A stretch of DNA of 42,943 bases from the IMG/VR virus record IMGVR_UViG_3300037524_001199, positions 1 through 42,943 of that record; one strand, given 5' to 3'. Under the pieces are notes generated by a model. That model searched no databases. It worked only from the letters and a program-made list of their open reading frames with translations, and was not told where the DNA came from. Origin of the DNA: a virus. Taxonomy: Duplodnaviria > Caudoviricetes. Shown here piece after piece: positions 41,789-42,943 of the stretch; position 1 is the stretch's first letter, and the number at the start of each line of letters is the position of its first letter. The position numbers and the translations under genes were made by a program.

Positions 41789-41988
41789 GCCCGAGCGAAA
41801 AAAACGCGGATCGGCTGATCAAGAAAATCATCGAGGTGCAAACTCGTTATCCGTTGCCGAAGTTTCGCCCGATTAAACCGTCTGGATTGCAAGCCATTAT
41901 TGACCCCAAAACCGGTTGTGTCCGGCCTGCACCGTTTCGAGATCGGGATGGGCGGTTACTCGAATGGATACCGTGGGACGAAGTGTAA
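41758..41988 (+). CDS. Hypothetical basic protein
   Basis: AGGA RBS; fills the gap between neighbours. Confidence 0.45.
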   Translation: MAVVIKAPVVSPSEKNADRLIKKIIEVQTRYPLPKFRPIKPSGLQAIIDPKTGCVRPAPFRDRDGRLLEWIPWDEV

Positions 41989-41989
41989 A

Positions 41990-42184
41990 ATGAAAGATCG
42001 TCTTTATATCGTTTTAGCCATCCTGGGATGGGTGTTATTGCTGGGGCTGTCTGGCTATCAAGTGCTGGACTATTTCAAGTTCAGGAACGCCGGGCCACGG
42101 TTCACGGCGACGGATGGACAAACGCTGTGTCTGCGCGTCCAGGCGCTGGAAACGAATCCGCAGCCGTGTGAGTACAGTAAATGA
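41990..42184 (+). CDS. Small membrane protein
   Basis: N-terminal TM YIVLAILGWVLLLGLSGY; ATGA coupling to the next gene. Confidence 0.6.
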   Translation: MKDRLYIVLAILGWVLLLGLSGYQVLDYFKFRNAGPRFTATDGQTLCLRVQALETNPQPCEYSK

Positions 42185-42870
42185 TCAGCGTGGATATTCG
42201 CGGCATGGCCGAAGTGCAGGCGATGCTCAGGAATCTGGCAAGTGAGCAGCTGCCGTATGCGATGATGTTGACGCTGAACAATACCGCGTTTGGGGTGCAG
42301 AAGTTTCAGAAGGAGCGGATGCCTTCGGTGTTTGATCGACCGACACCTTTGGTAAAGGGCGCTTTCCGTGTGCAGAAGGCGACGAAAGAAGCGCTGACGT
42401 CGATAGTGTATGTAGACCCCAGGCGTGAGCCTGTCCTCAGAGTGCATGAGGAAGGCGGGCCACGTGGCGATCAGCGTCTGGAACGGTATCTGAGAACGAA
42501 AGGCTGGCTGGATGCAGGCTGGCGGGCCATCCCCACCGATAAGATGAAGCTGAATACCTATGGCAATCCAATGCCCTCGGAAGTCAATAAGATCATCGCT
42601 GGATTGCCGGTGATTAGCGGTGTCAAAGGCGATCCGCGTCGCCATTTTGTCATCCCTGCTGGCCGAGCGTCGCGCTTGTCACCCGGTATCTATCGCGCCC
42701 TGTCCAAGTCGAAAGGCGCAGCCATTGTGAAGCTGTACCACTTCGCCAGTCGGGCGCAATACGAAAAGCGATTGGAGTTTGAGAAGACTGCGGAAGAAGA
42801 AGCCTTGCGCTTGGCGCCCGGGCACATGGCGGCGGCGGTCAGGCGGGCGATTGAGACGGCGCGGGGATAG
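42181..42870 (+). CDS. gpZ/HK97 gp10-like tail completion protein
   Basis: QLPYAMMLTLNNTAF…VFDRPTP; basic; last gene before the cos-like site. Confidence 0.6.
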   Translation: MISVDIRGMAEVQAMLRNLASEQLPYAMMLTLNNTAFGVQKFQKERMPSVFDRPTPLVKGAFRVQKATKEALTSIVYVDPRREPVLRVHEEGGPRGDQRLERYLRTKGWLDAGWRAIPTDKMKLNTYGNPMPSEVNKIIAGLPVISGVKGDPRRHFVIPAGRASRLSPGIYRALSKSKGAAIVKLYHFASRAQYEKRLEFEKTAEEEALRLAPGHMAAAVRRAIETARG

Positions 42871-42889
42871 GATAGGAAATTATTAGTAT

Positions 42890-42943
42890 AATCAATAAGT
42901 TAGCGGGTCCTCCTTAGCGGTCTAGGCCGAGGGTAATCGCGGC
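42890..42943 (+). other. Lambda-like cos region (IHF site plus cosQ)
   Basis: AATCAATAAGTTA (42890-42902) matches WATCAANNNNTTR; GGGTCCT (42905-42911) is identical to lambda cosQ; gpA-type terminase present. Confidence 0.6.

Overview
The window is a near-complete temperate lambdoid (siphovirus-like) phage genome, probably from a proteobacterial host; the host assignment is inferred from an H-NS gene, IHF sites, sigma70 promoters and CsrA-type sites. It begins inside a multi-zinc-finger HNH gene and ends at a lambda-like cosQ/IHF motif, and the attP-like region beside the integrase looks intact, so this appears to be a non-integrated form. Gene order: TerS/TerL, a glycosyltransferase-like/methyltransferase fusion, a moron (small genes, RHH regulator, H-NS, candidate sRNA), gpW, portal, protease-capsid fusion, head-tail genes, a GT2 glycosyltransferase, tail genes (G/GT -1 frameshift, tape measure, two paralogous beta-propeller tail proteins, a CAP-domain protein), attP/int/xis, early-left operon, CI/Cro switch with four operators, primase Zn-domain plus VapE helicase and iteron origin, a nin-like region (Rha-HNH, VRR-NUC, T4 DsbA-like), lysis genes, a displaced tail-fibre cluster, membrane proteins and a Gp49-family (candidate Acb4 sponge) gene. 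The most notable signals are three near-identical CANGGACG hairpins placed 17-18 nt upstream of Shine-Dalgarno sequences plus a GGA-repeat candidate sRNA (a possible phage-wired CsrA/RsmA circuit), and two glycosylation-type enzymes embedded in the virion operon. All family calls come from motif recognition by eye, not database searches.
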